Shown piece after piece: positions 1 through 10,370 of a stretch of DNA of 32,000 nt (positions within the stretch are counted from its first letter, which is position 1; the number at the start of each line of letters is the position of its first letter). The DNA is from Geobacter metallireducens GS-15 (lineage in GTDB: Bacteria > Desulfobacterota > Desulfuromonadia > Geobacterales > Geobacteraceae). Made by a program: the position numbers and the translations under genes. The stretch lies in contig NC_007517.1 in NCBI RefSeq assembly GCF_000012925.1, positions 3,660,001-3,692,000 on the forward strand, read 5' to 3'. A model generated the notes under the pieces. The model ran no database searches. It worked only from the letters and a program-made list of their open reading frames with translations, and had not been told where the DNA came from.

Positions 1-1647
1 GACAAGAAACAGGCCTGGCAGGACACTGTCGTGGCCAAGAGCATCGCCAGATCCCCGGAGCGGAAGCCCGAATTCCGCACCACTTCCAATATCGAGATGG
101 AGCGCTGCTTCACTCCCGGCTTCGACGACTATCCGGGCTACGAAGAGGAGCTCGGCTTCCCGGGCCAGTACCCCTTCACCCGCGGCGTCCAGCCCACCAT
201 GTACCGGGGCCGCTTCTGGACCATGCGCCAGTACGCCGGTTTCGGCACGGCCAAGGAATCCAACGAGCGCTACAAATATCTGCTTCAGGCGGGTCAGACC
301 GGCCTTTCCGTCGCCTTCGACCTCCCCACCCAGATGGGGTACGACTCCGACGCCGCCATGGCCCAGGGCGAAGTTGGTAAAGTAGGGGTCGCCATCGACT
401 CCCTGGCCGACATGGAGATCCTCTTCGACGGCATCCCCCTGGACAAGGTCTCCACCTCCATGACCATCAACTCCACCGCCGCTATCCTCCTAGCCATGTA
501 CATCGCCGTGGCCGAGAAGCAGGGTGTCTCGCCGGAGAAGATTTCCGGCACCATCCAAAACGACATCCTCAAAGAATACATGGCCCGGGGGACTTACATC
601 TACCCCCCCCAGGAGTCGATGCGGATCATCACCGACATCTTCGCCTACTGCAAAGACAACGTCCCCAAGTGGAACACCATCTCCATCTCCGGCTACCACA
701 TCCGCGAGGCGGGCTCCAGCGCCGTGCAGGAAGTGGCCTTCACCCTGGCCGACGGCATCGCCTACGTGGAAGCCGCCATCAAGGCTGGCCTCAACGTGGA
801 TGAATTCGCCCCCCGGCTCGCCTTCTTCTTCAACGCCCACAACAACCTCTTGGAGGAAGTCGCCAAGTTCCGGGCCGCCCGCCGCATGTGGGCCACCATC
901 ATGAAAGAGCGGTTCGGGGCCAAGGATCCCAAGTCCCTCATGCTCCGCTTCCACACCCAGACCGCCGGCTGCACCCTCACCGCCCAGCAGCCCGACAACA
1001 ACATCATGCGGGTCACCATCCAGGCCCTGGCCGCCGTTCTCGGCGGCACCCAGTCGCTCCACACCAACTCCCGCGACGAGGCCCTGGCGCTCCCCACCGA
1101 AGACTCGGTCCGGATAGCGCTCCGCACCCAGCAGGTCATCGCCTACGAATCGGGCGTGGCCGACTCCATCGACCCCCTGGCCGGCAGCTTCCTCGTGGAA
1201 TCCCTCACCGACCAGATCGAAATGGCCGCCACCGAGTACATCAACAAGATCGACTCCCTCGGCGGCGCCGTCGAAGCCATCTCCCGCGGCTTCCAGCAGA
1301 AGGAAATCCAGGACTCCGCCTACGCCTACCAGCGGGCCATCGAAACCGACGACCTGATCATCGTCGGGGTCAACAAGTTCACCGTCACCGGCGAGCCGGC
1401 CCCCGAGCTTCTCAAGATCAAGGAAGAGGTCGAAATCGCCCAGAAGAAGTCCCTCGGCGACATGAAGGCCAAACGCGACGACGCAAGGGTCAAGGAAACC
1501 CTCGCCGCCCTCGCCGCCGCCGCCAAGGGAACCGACAACCTCATGCCGCCGATCCTCAACGCTGTCAAGGCCTACGCCACCCTCGGCGAAATCGCCAACG
1601 TCCTCCGCGACGTCTTCGGTGTCCACCGGGAGACGGTGGTGCTGTAA
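1..1647 (+). CDS. Methylmalonyl-CoA mutase, catalytic (large/N-terminal) subunit; the 5' end is probably outside the window
   Basis: ORF track 31..1647 (538 aa) has mutase-family blocks ([53 protein letters not shown]). The frame stays open back to base 1 ([10 protein letters not shown]...) and the track start is only a GTG, so the true start is likely upstream. The protein ends after the barrel domain and no B12-binding domain follows. Confidence 0.85.
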   Translation, partial: DKKQAWQDTVVAKSIARSPERKPEFRTTSNIEMERCFTPGFDDYPGYEEELGFPGQYPFTRGVQPTMYRGRFWTMRQYAGFGTAKESNERYKYLLQAGQTGLSVAFDLPTQMGYDSDAAMAQGEVGKVGVAIDSLADMEILFDGIPLDKVSTSMTINSTAAILLAMYIAVAEKQGVSPEKISGTIQNDILKEYMARGTYIYPPQESMRIITDIFAYCKDNVPKWNTISISGYHIREAGSSAVQEVAFTLADGIAYVEAAIKAGLNVDEFAPRLAFFFNAHNNLLEEVAKFRAARRMWATIMKERFGAKDPKSLMLRFHTQTAGCTLTAQQPDNNIMRVTIQALAAVLGGTQSLHTNSRDEALALPTEDSVRIALRTQQVIAYESGVADSIDPLAGSFLVESLTDQIEMAATEYINKIDSLGGAVEAISRGFQQKEIQDSAYAYQRAIETDDLIIVGVNKFTVTGEPAPELLKIKEEVEIAQKKSLGDMKAKRDDARVKETLAALAAAAKGTDNLMPPILNAVKAYATLGEIANVLRDVFGVHRETVVL

Positions 1648-1651
1648 TTTT

Positions 1652-2062
1652 ATGGGAATAACACGGAGAGACGGAGAAACGGAGAAAAAGCTCTTAGAAT
1701 CAGAATTGACCGACCTGATTATTGGCAAAGCCATTGTTGTCCACAGTACGCTCGGTCCAGGGCTTCTCGAATCAGTTTATGAAGCCTGCCTTGCCTATGA
1801 ATTATCAGAAGCCGGCTTACACGTAGAACGTCAAAAGGTTTTGCCGGTACGATACAAGAACATCAACCTTGATGATGGACTCCGCATGGATCTGGTTGTC
1901 GAAAACAGGATCATTCTCGAATTGAAGTGCGTTGACACCATTCTCCCGGTCCACGAAGCACAGCTTCAGACCTATTTGAAGCTTTCAGGATTGAGAGTTG
2001 GGCTTCTCATGAACTTTTATACGAAATACCTGAAAGAGGGAATCAAACGGATAATATTCTGA
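1652..2062 (+). CDS. GxxExxY family protein (PD-(D/E)XK nuclease-like fold)
   Basis: The translation IIGKAIVVHSTLGPGLLESVYEACLAYEL...RMDLVVENRIILELKCV...HEAQLQTYLKLSGLRVGLLMNF...GIKRIIF matches the family pattern, including the G-x-x-E-x-x-Y motif (GLLESVY) and the D...ExK-like DLVV..ELK. The track ORF (1619) overlaps the mutase, so the first ATG at 1652 was chosen. The start is uncertain because the N-terminus is encoded by the left repeat arm. Confidence 0.8.
   Translation: MGITRRDGETEKKLLESELTDLIIGKAIVVHSTLGPGLLESVYEACLAYELSEAGLHVERQKVLPVRYKNINLDDGLRMDLVVENRIILELKCVDTILPVHEAQLQTYLKLSGLRVGLLMNFYTKYLKEGIKRIIF
1656..1688. repeat. Left inverted-repeat arm of the GxxExxY cassette (three ACGGAGA heptads)
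   Basis: GAATAACACGGAGAGACGGAGAAACGGAGAAAA. The heptads start at 1663, 1671 and 1679. It pairs with 2063..2096. Confidence 0.8.
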
Positions 2063-2096
2063 TTTTCTCCGTGCTCTCCGTATCTCCGTGTTATTC
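2063..2096. repeat. Right inverted-repeat arm of the GxxExxY cassette (three TCTCCGT heptads)
   Basis: TTTTCTCCGTGCTCTCCGTATCTCCGTGTTATTC. Its reverse complement, GAATAACACGGAGATACGGAGAGCACGGAGAAAA, matches the left arm at about 30 of 34 positions by hand alignment. The arm starts one base after the ORF stop codon. Confidence 0.8.
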
Positions 2097-2110
2097 AGAA
2101 AGGTTTTCCC

Positions 2111-2515
2111 ATGCTCACCAAAATCAACCATATCGGCATCGCCGTCCAATCCCTCGCCGACGCCGTTCCCTTCTACCGCGACAACCTCGGCATGGCCTTC
2201 ATGGGCACCGAGGAAGTTCCGGAGCAGAAGGTCACCGTGGCCTTTTTCCAGATCGGTGAATCGAAGATCGAGCTCCTGGAGCCCACATCCGACGACAGCC
2301 CGGTGGCGAAGTTCATCGAGAAGAACGGCGCCGGCATCCACCACATCGCCTACGAGGTGGAGGACATCGAAGCGGCCATCGCCAGGCTCGTGGCCGACGG
2401 CGCCCGGATGATCGACAGCGTGCCGCGAAACGGCGCCCACGGCGCCCGCATCGCGTTCATCCACCCTAAAACAAGTCGTGGGGTCCTGACCGAACTCTGC
2501 CAGATGGGGCACTGA
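2111..2515 (+). CDS. mce: Methylmalonyl-CoA epimerase (VOC/glyoxalase fold)
   Basis: 134 aa. INHIGIAV...IELLEP...GIHHIAYEV.DI...IAFIHPK...GVLTEL is the typical epimerase pattern. It lies next to the mutase, and a GAAAGG RBS sits upstream of the ATG. Confidence 0.9.
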   Translation: MLTKINHIGIAVQSLADAVPFYRDNLGMAFMGTEEVPEQKVTVAFFQIGESKIELLEPTSDDSPVAKFIEKNGAGIHHIAYEVEDIEAAIARLVADGARMIDSVPRNGAHGARIAFIHPKTSRGVLTELCQMGH

Positions 2516-2559
2516 CTGCATAAAGCCTCCCCAGGCCTTGATTTATCGGGATTTTTTTC

Positions 2560-2587
2560 TTGACATTGCTTTTAATCTCTTTATAGT
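2560..2587 (+). promoter_or_regulatory. Sigma-70-type promoter P1 (TTGACA-16-TATAGT)
   Basis: TTGACA at 2560-2565, a 16-nt spacer, TATAGT at 2582-2587, preceded by a T-tract. It lies in the AT-rich gap upstream of the porin gene. Confidence 0.5.
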
Positions 2588-2716
2588 GTCCCTGAATTTT
2601 AGAACGCTATTTTGCAATTTAACGTTATTGCGATAAAAATGTAACATATTCGTGACATTAACCAGGCATTATCCACGTTTTCACACTGATGACGCAGTGC
2701 CCCATGCAGTTTGCGA

Positions 2717-2744
2717 TTGACAGAACCTGATTGTTAAGTAGAAT
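2717..2744 (+). promoter_or_regulatory. Sigma-70-type promoter P2 (TTGACA-16-TAGAAT)
   Basis: TTGACA at 2717-2722, a 16-nt spacer, TAGAAT at 2739-2744. Confidence 0.5.
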
Positions 2745-2859
2745 CTCATCCCTGATATGAACGCACAGGTGCCGATGTCTACACGTCCTTATCACAATTT
2801 TGCTTGCATGTTCGCAACCGGCGGGGTCTCCCGCAGGTTTGGCGCATTGACTGAACGAC

Positions 2860-2905
2860 CCCTTTTCCCCCTTCCCTGAGAAGGGCGAAAAGGGTTTTTG
2901 TTTTT
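2860..2905 (+). terminator. Intrinsic terminator inside the porin leader
   Basis: 15-bp stem CCCTTTTCCCCCTTC / GAAGGGCGAAAAGGG (one mismatch), loop CCTGA, then TTTTTGTTTTT. The U-tract is on the plus strand only. Confidence 0.7.
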
Positions 2906-3041
2906 GGAGGGGGTACTTAAGCCAGTTACGTCTGGACATTTCTCTCGGGAAAGGTGGTGATCGGCGAAACAGCACAACAAACCACGGCTTTTAGCACCAC
3001 AACTCTCATATGCAGTTATTATCACCAATGAAGGAGGCAAC

Positions 3042-4460
3042 ATGAAAAAGAAAGTATTGGCAGTATCCGCAGCCTGTGCGCTGACCGCTGCGACGGCAGT
3101 TCCGGCCCTGGCGCTGGAAAACGAGTTCCACGGGATGTTCCGGGTGTTCGGGACGATGTCAAACTTCAACGACGGTGGTTCCGGGCGCCTTCTGCCTACA
3201 GACGCAACCACGGGAAGAGACCCCAAGACCAGGAGCTTCGTCGAGCAGCGGGCCCGCCTCATGTACATCGCCAAGGCCAACGACGATCTCAAACTGGTTA
3301 CCCACTTCGAGATCGACTCCCGCTGGGGTGACAACTCCTATGCCAACGGCCGCAACTCCGGCGGCGCCATCGGCGCCGACACCGTGAACCTGGAAACCAA
3401 GAACGTCTACCTCGACTTCAACATCCCCTCCACCCCCATGAACTTCAAGGTCGGTATCCAGCCGCTCGTCGACTCCTACAAGGGGGTCTTCTTCAACACC
3501 GACGTGGCCGCAGCCCTTGCCACCGCCAAGCTCGGCAACGGTTCCGTGGTGGTCGGCTTCGCCCGGTTGGACGACGCCGACACCTTTACCCTTGGTTCAG
3601 CAGCTGGCAGATCAACGTCCACCCCCGGTAAGGCCAAGCGCGACCTCTACATCGTGGACGGCAAGTACAACATCACCAAGGACGTGAAGGTTGGGGCCTC
3701 CTACTACCTCCTCAACGTCGATCAGAAGGCCGGGGATAACTTCGTCCCCACATCAACCACCCAAACTTATGACTACATGCGCCACACCTTCGGCGTGAAC
3801 GCTGAAGCAAAGTTCGCACCTCTCACCCTGGACGGCTTCCTCCTCTATCAGACCGCCCGCACCAACGGGCCGGACAAGATCGACCAGAAGGGCTGGGCCG
3901 CCAACCTTACCGGCAAGGGGAAGCTGGGCCCTGGCACCCTGAAGGCGTCGTTCCTCTATGCCTCCGGCGACAGCAAGAGAGGCACGGTAAGAGATGACAA
4001 CACCTATTACGGGATCACCAACGAGACCTCTGGAGCCAACGGCGAGCACAGCTTCTATGAGTCCGACATGATGATCCTGTTCCGGAACAAGTACAACATT
4101 ACCGGCGACCGGGCCATCGTGTACAACGTGACCAACGTCATCGGCGGCTTTGTGGGCTACAACGCCAACATTACTCCCAAGGCCTTCGCCAACGTCAATG
4201 CCGGTTTCGTGGCTGCCGCCACGGGGAACGACGACTTCGGTTCCGCGCGCGTCACGATTGGCGGCCACAAGAGTGATTACCTCGGCACCGAGATCAACGG
4301 CGAAATCGGCTATAAGGTGTTCGACAACCTGACCGCCAGCCTCCAGGGCGCCTATGTGTTCCTTGGCGACTACTACAAGGATACTGTCGGCACGGCAGCC
4401 AATCCTCAAACCCCGCGCGACCCGTACGAGGGCCGCATCATGCTGAACTACGCATTCTAA
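3042..4460 (+). CDS. ompJ: Outer-membrane porin, Geobacter OmpJ-like
   Basis: 472 aa. Signal peptide MKKKVLAVSAACALTAATAVPALA|LE, alternating beta-strand pattern, C-terminal ...IMLNYAF, and a strong RBS GAAGGAGG. The size (about 50 kDa) and the mce ... hisZ-purA neighbourhood match my recollection of G. sulfurreducens ompJ. The symbol rests on memory, not a search. Confidence 0.8.
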   Translation: MKKKVLAVSAACALTAATAVPALALENEFHGMFRVFGTMSNFNDGGSGRLLPTDATTGRDPKTRSFVEQRARLMYIAKANDDLKLVTHFEIDSRWGDNSYANGRNSGGAIGADTVNLETKNVYLDFNIPSTPMNFKVGIQPLVDSYKGVFFNTDVAAALATAKLGNGSVVVGFARLDDADTFTLGSAAGRSTSTPGKAKRDLYIVDGKYNITKDVKVGASYYLLNVDQKAGDNFVPTSTTQTYDYMRHTFGVNAEAKFAPLTLDGFLLYQTARTNGPDKIDQKGWAANLTGKGKLGPGTLKASFLYASGDSKRGTVRDDNTYYGITNETSGANGEHSFYESDMMILFRNKYNITGDRAIVYNVTNVIGGFVGYNANITPKAFANVNAGFVAAATGNDDFGSARVTIGGHKSDYLGTEINGEIGYKVFDNLTASLQGAYVFLGDYYKDTVGTAANPQTPRDPYEGRIMLNYAF

Positions 4461-4473
4461 GTAATGCTCGACG

Positions 4474-4505
4474 CCGGGGGGAAGCGCTGCTTCCCCCCGG
4501 TTTTT
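4474..4505 (+). terminator. Intrinsic terminator after the porin gene
   Basis: CCGGGGGGAAGC GC TGCTTCCCCCCGG followed by TTTTT. Confidence 0.8.
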
Positions 4506-4589
4506 CTTTACGCTGTGCCGTTTGACTTTACCGCGCTGTCTGGTTAACTAAATGAACAGGAAGTTCAACTATCCACTTGGAGGTCAACC

Positions 4590-4871
4590 ATGAAGAAGAT
4601 GGCTGTATTGTTGATGGCGGCATTTATGATGTCGGCTACCGTACCGGTTTTCGCTGCTGAGATGACCAAGGAAGAGAAGGACCAGTGCCTCCTGGCTTCC
4701 AAGAACTGCGGTATGGAGGTCGACACTCTGCAGAAGAAGATCAAGAAGCTCAACTCCGAGATCAAGAAGGGGAAGAAAGTCTACTCCGCCGACGAGATCA
4801 AGAAGCTCCAGCAGAAGCTTGACGAGGCCAACGCCCTGCTCGACGACATCCTCAAGGGTGGCGGCAATTAA
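4590..4871 (+). CDS. Small secreted coiled-coil protein (hypothetical)
   Basis: 93 aa. Signal peptide MKKMAVLLMAAFMMSATVPVFA|AE, a Lys/Glu-rich heptad-like region, RBS GGAGG 7 nt upstream, and its own terminator downstream. Confidence 0.7.
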   Translation: MKKMAVLLMAAFMMSATVPVFAAEMTKEEKDQCLLASKNCGMEVDTLQKKIKKLNSEIKKGKKVYSADEIKKLQQKLDEANALLDDILKGGGN

Positions 4872-4895
4872 CCCGTCCCGCACCGGCACCATCCC

Positions 4896-4925
4896 GAGGG
4901 GAGAGGCAACTCTCCCCTCTTTTTG
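4896..4925 (+). terminator. Intrinsic terminator
   Basis: GAGGGGAGAG GCAA CTCTCCCCTC followed by TTTTTGTTT. Confidence 0.8.
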
Positions 4926-4967
4926 TTTCAGTGTGCCGCAGTGGTGATTCAGCCGACGACTAATGCT

Positions 4968-4996
4968 TTGACATGGTAAAGGCGGTTTGCAATAAT
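4968..4996 (+). promoter_or_regulatory. Sigma-70-type promoter (TTGACA-17-AATAAT)
   Basis: TTGACA at 4968-4973, a 17-nt spacer, AATAAT at 4991-4996. It lies inside the track's extended ORF, which supports the downstream start at 5060. Confidence 0.55.
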
Positions 4997-5059
4997 CGGC
5001 CTGCGCAACCTAGTAACTCAGCAACAATCAAGAAGGTAACACCTCTTCCAGGAGCAACA

Positions 5060-6592
5060 ATGAAAAGACTTTCCCTTCTCTGCGCAGTTCTGTTCGTGGC
5101 CCTCACGGCCGCCTCCACCCTGTTCGCGGCCCAGATCAGGGTTTACGTGTCGGAGTTCGCGGTGACGGGCGCCGCCAACAAGGATGAACTGAAGTCGACG
5201 CTGCAGACGCTGTTTGCATCGCGCCTGAGCAATGATTCGGTGCTGTCGGTGGACTCACCGGTGGGGGCCGATGTGCTGGTGAAGGGGAGCTATATCGCCT
5301 TCGGCAAGGTCTTCAGCCTCGACGCGGTGGCCAAGGATACGAGCGGCCGGGTCATTGCCCGGTCGTTCCAGCAGGGGGAGAGCCAGGACGAGCTGATCCC
5401 CGCCGCCGGCAAGCTGGGGCAGAGCCTGGCGGCCGAGATCGCGGCCAAGGTGAAGCCGGGCGTGGTGATGGTGCCGCAGCCGGTTGTCCAACCGGTCGCC
5501 GCGCCGGTACCGGTTCCCGTCTCCGACGTGGTGCGCCCATCCGCTCCCCAGCCGGCCGCGGATGTGGTGAAGGCGTCCACCACCAGTGATATTGTGAAGC
5601 CCCAGGATCTTACCCGCACCGCCTCGGGCGGTTGGATGAGCCAGCGGCTCACGGGTACCCTCATCGGCATTGCCCCGGGCAAGGCGGCGGCCGACGGGAC
5701 ACGGGATTTCTACGTGGCCGACGAGCAGGCCCTGCGCCTCTATCGCAAGAGGGAGGGGCTGAAGCTGGTGGCCGAGGTATCGTTCTCTCCCGGCGACCGG
5801 GTGATTGCTGTCGATTCCGCCGATCTGGACGGCGACGGGACCCCCGAAGCCTACCTGACCGTCCTCAACGGCGATTCGCTCGCTTCCCAGGTATGGGTGG
5901 CGGAAAAGGATTCCCTCAAGCGGGTCGCGGCCAAGCTCCCCTATTACTTCCGCGGAATCGCCCTGAACGGCAAAGAGTATAAGATGTACGCCCAGCAGAT
6001 GAGCACCGACAAGGATTTCTACGGCGACGTTTACGAGGTGGTCAAAGCCGGTGACCGCTTTGAGCTGAAAAATCCCATAAAGCTCCCCCGCTTCGGCTAC
6101 CTGTACAACTTCAACCAGTTCCGTGACGCGGCGGGTAACAGCTGCACCGCGGTGCTGAACGACGACGGGTACCTCATCGTCTATTCCGCCGCCGGCGAGG
6201 AACTGTGGCGGAGCAGCGACAAGTTCGGCGGTTCGGAGACCTACTTCAAGCGCGAGGATCTGGCCAATGTCCAGAGGACCGGCGACCCCTTCCGCTGGGT
6301 CTTCCTGGAGCAACGGATTACGGTTTCCCCATCGGGCGAGGTGATCGTGCCGAAAAACGAGGGGATGTTCGTCATCGGCAACAACCGCGCCTACAAAAAG
6401 AGCAGCATCTATGCCTTTACCTGGAACGGATCATCCCTGGACGAGGTCTGGCACACCAAGCAGAGCCAGAGCTACCTGGCCGATTACCTCTATGACGGTG
6501 CCCGCAAGGAGCTTGTGGCCTTGGAGGTGGTGAAGAAGGAAGGGCTCCTGGACAAGGGAGCCAGCGTGGTGGTGGTGAAGAGGGTGGAGTAA
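5060..6592 (+). CDS. Secreted protein: N-terminal alpha/beta domain, Pro/Val-rich linker, FG-GAP/VCBS-like C-terminal region
   Basis: The start was moved to MKRLSLLCAVLFVALTAASTLFA|AQ (signal peptide, AGGAG RBS). The linker is PQPVVQPVAAPVPVPV. DSADLDGDGTPE is a DxDxDG calcium-loop motif typical of FG-GAP repeats. Confidence 0.8.
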   Translation: MKRLSLLCAVLFVALTAASTLFAAQIRVYVSEFAVTGAANKDELKSTLQTLFASRLSNDSVLSVDSPVGADVLVKGSYIAFGKVFSLDAVAKDTSGRVIARSFQQGESQDELIPAAGKLGQSLAAEIAAKVKPGVVMVPQPVVQPVAAPVPVPVSDVVRPSAPQPAADVVKASTTSDIVKPQDLTRTASGGWMSQRLTGTLIGIAPGKAAADGTRDFYVADEQALRLYRKREGLKLVAEVSFSPGDRVIAVDSADLDGDGTPEAYLTVLNGDSLASQVWVAEKDSLKRVAAKLPYYFRGIALNGKEYKMYAQQMSTDKDFYGDVYEVVKAGDRFELKNPIKLPRFGYLYNFNQFRDAAGNSCTAVLNDDGYLIVYSAAGEELWRSSDKFGGSETYFKREDLANVQRTGDPFRWVFLEQRITVSPSGEVIVPKNEGMFVIGNNRAYKKSSIYAFTWNGSSLDEVWHTKQSQSYLADYLYDGARKELVALEVVKKEGLLDKGASVVVVKRVE

Positions 6593-6605
6593 AGGTACCG
6601 AGCCT

Positions 6606-7016
6606 GTGAACGATGCCATGACCGAAACAATCCGGGCGTTTTTCGCCGGCGACGAGGCGGTGACGGCAGTCTACCTCTTCGGCTCACAGGCCACGGGGAA
6701 GGCCACGGCGAAGAGCGATATCGATTTGGCGGTCCTTCTCCGGGAAAAGCCCGCGTACGACTACCGCCTGAGGGCAATGTCCGACCTTGCGAGCCTCTTG
6801 AAAACGGAGGTGGATGTACTGGTGCTGGACCAGTGCGGAATTCTCATGCAGCGGCAGGTGCTGAAGCACGGCATCGTCCTTTATGAACGTGACAGGAGAG
6901 CGCGCCTGGCATTCGAAATCCGTTCCCGCAAGATGTATTTCGATTTTCTCCCGGCCCACCATCTCTTCGTAAGCAAGAGGGAGGAAAGGCTTTTGCAGGG
7001 AGACGGCAATGGTTGA
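6606..7016 (+). CDS. mntA: MNT-type nucleotidyltransferase (antitoxin of an MNT/HepT module)
   Basis: VYLFGSQATGKATAKSDIDLAVLL carries the GS-x(n)-DxD polymerase-beta nucleotidyltransferase signature. The gene overlaps the downstream HEPN gene by 8 nt. The start is GTG 6606 or ATG 6618. Confidence 0.85.
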   Translation: MNDAMTETIRAFFAGDEAVTAVYLFGSQATGKATAKSDIDLAVLLREKPAYDYRLRAMSDLASLLKTEVDVLVLDQCGILMQRQVLKHGIVLYERDRRARLAFEIRSRKMYFDFLPAHHLFVSKREERLLQGDGNG

Positions 7017-7428
7017 CAGGGAAGTGGCGGAGAGACTCATCGGGCTGCTGGAAGGATATGTCAATGACCTCCGATCGGTTCAGTCCATGAGCTTTGCCGA
7101 GTATTCAGCCGACCTCCGGACCAAGAGGTTCGTTGAACGGACCTTGCAGATAGCCATAGAGGCCTGCCTTGACCTGGGTTATCACATTATAGCGGATGAA
7201 GGACTGCGGGAGCCCGAGGACAACAGGGATGTATTCAAAGTCCTTGCCGAAGGGGGAATTATTAATGCGAAGCTCCTGGAAGCCCTCCAACCGATGGCCT
7301 CGTTTCGGAATCTGATCGTCCACGATTACGGCAAAATCGACGACGAAATAGTCTTCGGCATTCTGCAGCGAAGACTTGGAGACTTTACGGAGTACTCAAG
7401 AATGATTGTTCGTCATATGCGCTGCTGA
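7009..7428 (+). CDS. hepT: HepT (DUF86, HEPN-domain) toxin
   Basis: 139 aa. [13 protein letters not shown] contains the HEPN R-x4-H motif. It is paired with an upstream MNT gene, and a GGAGA RBS sits before the ATG. Confidence 0.85.
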   Translation: MVDREVAERLIGLLEGYVNDLRSVQSMSFAEYSADLRTKRFVERTLQIAIEACLDLGYHIIADEGLREPEDNRDVFKVLAEGGIINAKLLEALQPMASFRNLIVHDYGKIDDEIVFGILQRRLGDFTEYSRMIVRHMRC

Positions 7429-7460
7429 ACCGATGTCTCTTCGCAGCGGTTTGCCGCAAA

Positions 7461-7482
7461 GCGGTCTTCGGGCCGCTTTTTT
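7461..7482 (+). terminator. Intrinsic terminator after hepT
   Basis: GCGGTC TTCG GGCCGC followed by TTTTTT. Confidence 0.6.
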
Positions 7483-7518
7483 CTTTGTTTTTCAGCAATT
7501 TCGAGGGGATATATTTCG

Positions 7519-7547
7519 TTGACATCGAACCCGTATGCTGCTACGAT
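7519..7547 (+). promoter_or_regulatory. Sigma-70-type promoter (TTGACA-17-TACGAT)
   Basis: TTGACA at 7519-7524, a 17-nt spacer, TACGAT at 7542-7547. It lies inside the track's extended hisZ ORF. Confidence 0.55.
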
Positions 7548-7601
7548 TTTTCCCGTTTTGCTTACGGTTTAGCACTTTTTTTCACTTCACAGGACACGCG
7601 T

Positions 7602-10212
<2,611 letters not shown>

Positions 10213-10238
10213 AAAATTGAGCGTTTGGAAATTTTTTC

Positions 10239-10267
10239 TTGACGCATCGCAATAGGTTTGATAAAAG
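10239..10267 (+). promoter_or_regulatory. Candidate promoter for the tRNA pair (TTGACG-17-TAAAAG)
   Basis: TTGACG at 10239-10244, a 17-nt spacer, TAAAAG at 10262-10267, preceded by a T-tract as at 2560. It lies about 15 nt upstream of tRNA-Lys. Confidence 0.4.
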
Positions 10268-10282
10268 ATGTTTTCTCTTTGA

Positions 10283-10358
10283 GAGCCGCTAGCTCAGCTG
10301 GTAGAGCACCTGACTTTTAATCAGGTGGTCGTTGGTTCGATCCCAACGCGGCTCACCA
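10283..10358 (+). tRNA. tRNA-Lys (anticodon UUU)
   Basis: Hand-folded cloverleaf: acceptor GAGCCGC/GCGGCTC, D stem GCTC/GAGC, anticodon stem CCTGA/TCAGG with loop CTTTTAA, T arm GTTGG TTCGATC CCAAC, encoded CCA. Confidence 0.95.
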
Positions 10359-10370
10359 TTCACAATCGAA

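Noticed and set aside
1663-1685. Short tandem ACGGAGA heptads considered as a possible CRISPR or tandem-repeat array
   Set aside because: There are only three 7-nt units at 8-nt spacing and no spacers of CRISPR length. They are better explained as substructure of the inverted-repeat arms.
490-1734. 414-aa ORF antisense to the mutase gene
   Set aside because: It is a shadow ORF typical of GC-rich DNA. The translation is low-complexity (Gly/Val/Asp/Glu runs), I recognise no domains, and the opposite strand carries an unmistakable mutase.
2761-2769. ACGCACAGG, reminiscent of the 5' end of GEMM-I (c-di-GMP) riboswitches
   Set aside because: The following sequence lacks the GGCAAACC / GGGACGCAAAGCC conserved blocks and the paired tetraloop and receptor hairpins. 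I cannot support a GEMM call by eye.
2658-3334. Minus-strand ORFs of 105 and 180 aa across the porin leader and porin 5' end
   Set aside because: They have no RBS and an odd composition. They run antisense through the plus-strand promoters, terminator and the porin signal peptide.
7485-7601. N-terminal extension of hisZ in the ORF track (MFFSNFEG...)
   Set aside because: The extension runs through a terminator (7461-7482) and a TTGACA-17-TACGAT promoter (7519-7547), and its translation is not HisZ-like. The start was reassigned to TTG 7602.
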